From Polyangiaceae bacterium (GTDB lineage: Bacteria > Myxococcota_A > Polyangia > Polyangiales > Polyangiaceae): 55,708 bases of DNA. Where the stretch lies: the NCBI GenBank assembly GCA_035063585.1, contig JAPSGB010000030.1, positions 1 through 55,708 of the forward strand. The letters are read 5' to 3'. Of this stretch, positions 54,558-55,708 are shown one piece after another (position 1 is the stretch's first letter; each line of letters opens with the position of its first letter). The notes under the pieces were generated by a model. That model did no database searches, was not told the DNA's origin, and was given only the letters and a program-made list of their open reading frames with translations. The translations under genes and the position numbers were made by a program.

Positions 54558-55397
54558 CTACGGGGCTTTCACGATGAAGTACCTGGTGGGGTCCGCCAAG
54601 CCCGTTCCGGTCGTGACCAGCGTGTGCTTCTTCACCAGGCCGTCGAGCGACCAATTCGCATCGTACAGGATCATCCCGTTGCTGTAGCCCGCGTAGACGC
54701 CGACATGCCCCGAGTAGTTTCCAGAGCTGTCGAAAGTGGCCACGACCACGCCTTCCGTGGCTGCGCTCAGCGCCGGTGCGCTCTTCACCCACGTGGACGT
54801 CGCGCTCGTCCTGCCGCTCACAGCTTTCGCGAAGTCAACGCACTGCCCGTGCGGCGAGTACGGGTTCCCCGGGTCGTAGATCCGGGCGGCCTTGAACGTC
54901 CCGAGCAGCGAGCTGGTCTTGACGTACCCACTCGGCACGGCGAGCGCCGAGAGGGGGCCGAAGGGGCCGTAGACGCCCGGAACGACGCCATCGTACGCGC
55001 CGTAGCCGGCGCTGTTCCACCCCGCGATCCGCAGCGTGTACAGGTTGCCCGCCGTGGCCTTCATCGTCGAGCCGCAAAAGTCGTTCTTTCCGGCGGGGGC
55101 GACGACGCACTCCGCGCTGCACGCCGTCTGAGCCGTCGGCGCCTTGTTTGCGCCCTGGCAGGCGTACAAGACCCCGTTCAAGCCGTTCTGGACGTAGCCT
55201 CCGTTCCCGCAGTACTTGCCGGCCGCGCTCGCGAGGCAGACCGGTGTGCTGAGCGGCTGCGACACTGCGGCGTCGCTCACCTCGTCGGCGTAGGCCGTAC
55301 ACTCGTCGCCCTCGCACGGCGCAGTGCCGCAGCCCGTGTTCACGAAGAGAGCGAGCAGTCCCGCCCCAACCGCCAGCGAGCTAATAGAGTTCTTCAT
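54558..55397 (-). CDS. exported protein or lipoprotein with Cys-rich domain and C-terminal CHAP/NlpC-P60 (BPSL0067/Tae2-like) amidase domain
   Basis: AAGGAG Shine-Dalgarno; signal ending NTGC; GQCVDFAK (catalytic Cys), VATF..SGNYSGHVGVY (catalytic His), YDANW. Confidence 0.7.
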   Translation of the reverse strand: MKNSISSLAVGAGLLALFVNTGCGTAPCEGDECTAYADEVSDAAVSQPLSTPVCLASAAGKYCGNGGYVQNGLNGVLYACQGANKAPTAQTACSAECVVAPAGKNDFCGSTMKATAGNLYTLRIAGWNSAGYGAYDGVVPGVYGPFGPLSALAVPSGYVKTSSLLGTFKAARIYDPGNPYSPHGQCVDFAKAVSGRTSATSTWVKSAPALSAATEGVVVATFDSSGNYSGHVGVYAGYSNGMILYDANWSLDGLVKKHTLVTTGTGLADPTRYFIVKAP

Positions 55398-55649
55398 GGT
55401 CCGTTCTCCTTGGTGGCAATCCGCGGTTCCTCTGCTTGAACCGCGCTCCCAAGATGGGCGGCGATAGGCGTCGCCACGACAAAAGATGCGAGCGGCGAGC
55501 ATGCCAATTTTTGTTGACTGGTGTGGCGCTCGGCACGACGTTGCAGCCGGCCGCGACTAGCGTAGGCTGCTAGCGTGGAATCCTCGTACCGCTGAGCCAT
55601 CCCCTCATTTCGTAGGCTAGATGACACCGTAAACCTCGCGGAAGAACTC

Positions 55650-55708
55650 ATGCTCGCGGATCACTTCGTCGAACGCCGGAAGGAGCAACTCGCGGTCTTC
55701 TTCGTGCA
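55650..55708 (+). CDS. possible 5' end of a gene truncated by the window edge
   Basis: ATG 55650 opens MLADHFVERRKEQLAVFFV with no stop before the edge. Confidence 0.3.
   Translation, partial: MLADHFVERRKEQLAVFFV

Larger units (their letters stand above)
52355..55708. mobile_element. integrative element or prophage-like island at the ssrA 3' end (continues beyond window)
   Basis: xis-int directly after ssrA CCA; visibly less extreme GC and codon bias; far att duplication not in window. Confidence 0.75.

Noticed and set aside
55490..55546. Possible sigma54 promoters near the amidase gene
   Set aside because: The minus-strand site has GG-N10-GC spacing but a poor -12 (CCGC); the plus-strand GGCACGACGTTGC has N9 spacing; neither is supportable

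Overview
Very GC-rich chromosomal window. Gene content (many Cys-, Pro- and Gly-rich lipoproteins, multi-domain DsbA, FGE-like lipoprotein, tmRNA tag ANDNAIALAA) points to a myxobacterium, probably Polyangiaceae-like; this is inference, not a database result. Most of 1-52 kb is housekeeping or envelope function: a split M16 peptidase pair, Fur-boxed feoAB, mpg, coaBC, yebC, cobB-type sirtuin, trxC, a TetR-MFP-RND-TolC efflux operon, bioA, a GMC oxidoreductase operon, purEK, panE, NDH-2, plsC and a Rieske/FAD reductase. The tmRNA gene (52007-52354) is followed by an integrated element (excisionase plus tyrosine integrase). This element carries a lipoprotein with a CHAP/NlpC-P60 (BPSL0067/Tae2-like) amidase domain and runs off the window edge. 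Most notable observations: (1) a full-length HxsB-type radical SAM/SPASM maturase without hxsA, hxsC or hxsD; (2) the mobile lipoprotein amidase; (3) a ViaA-like vWA gene coupled to a TPR/HEAT gene with no MoxR ATPase nearby; (4) -10 hexamers 6-11 nt upstream of at least 13 start codons, suggesting widespread leaderless mRNAs; (5) a dispersed intergenic palindromic repeat. All family calls come from motif recognition by eye; no searches were run.
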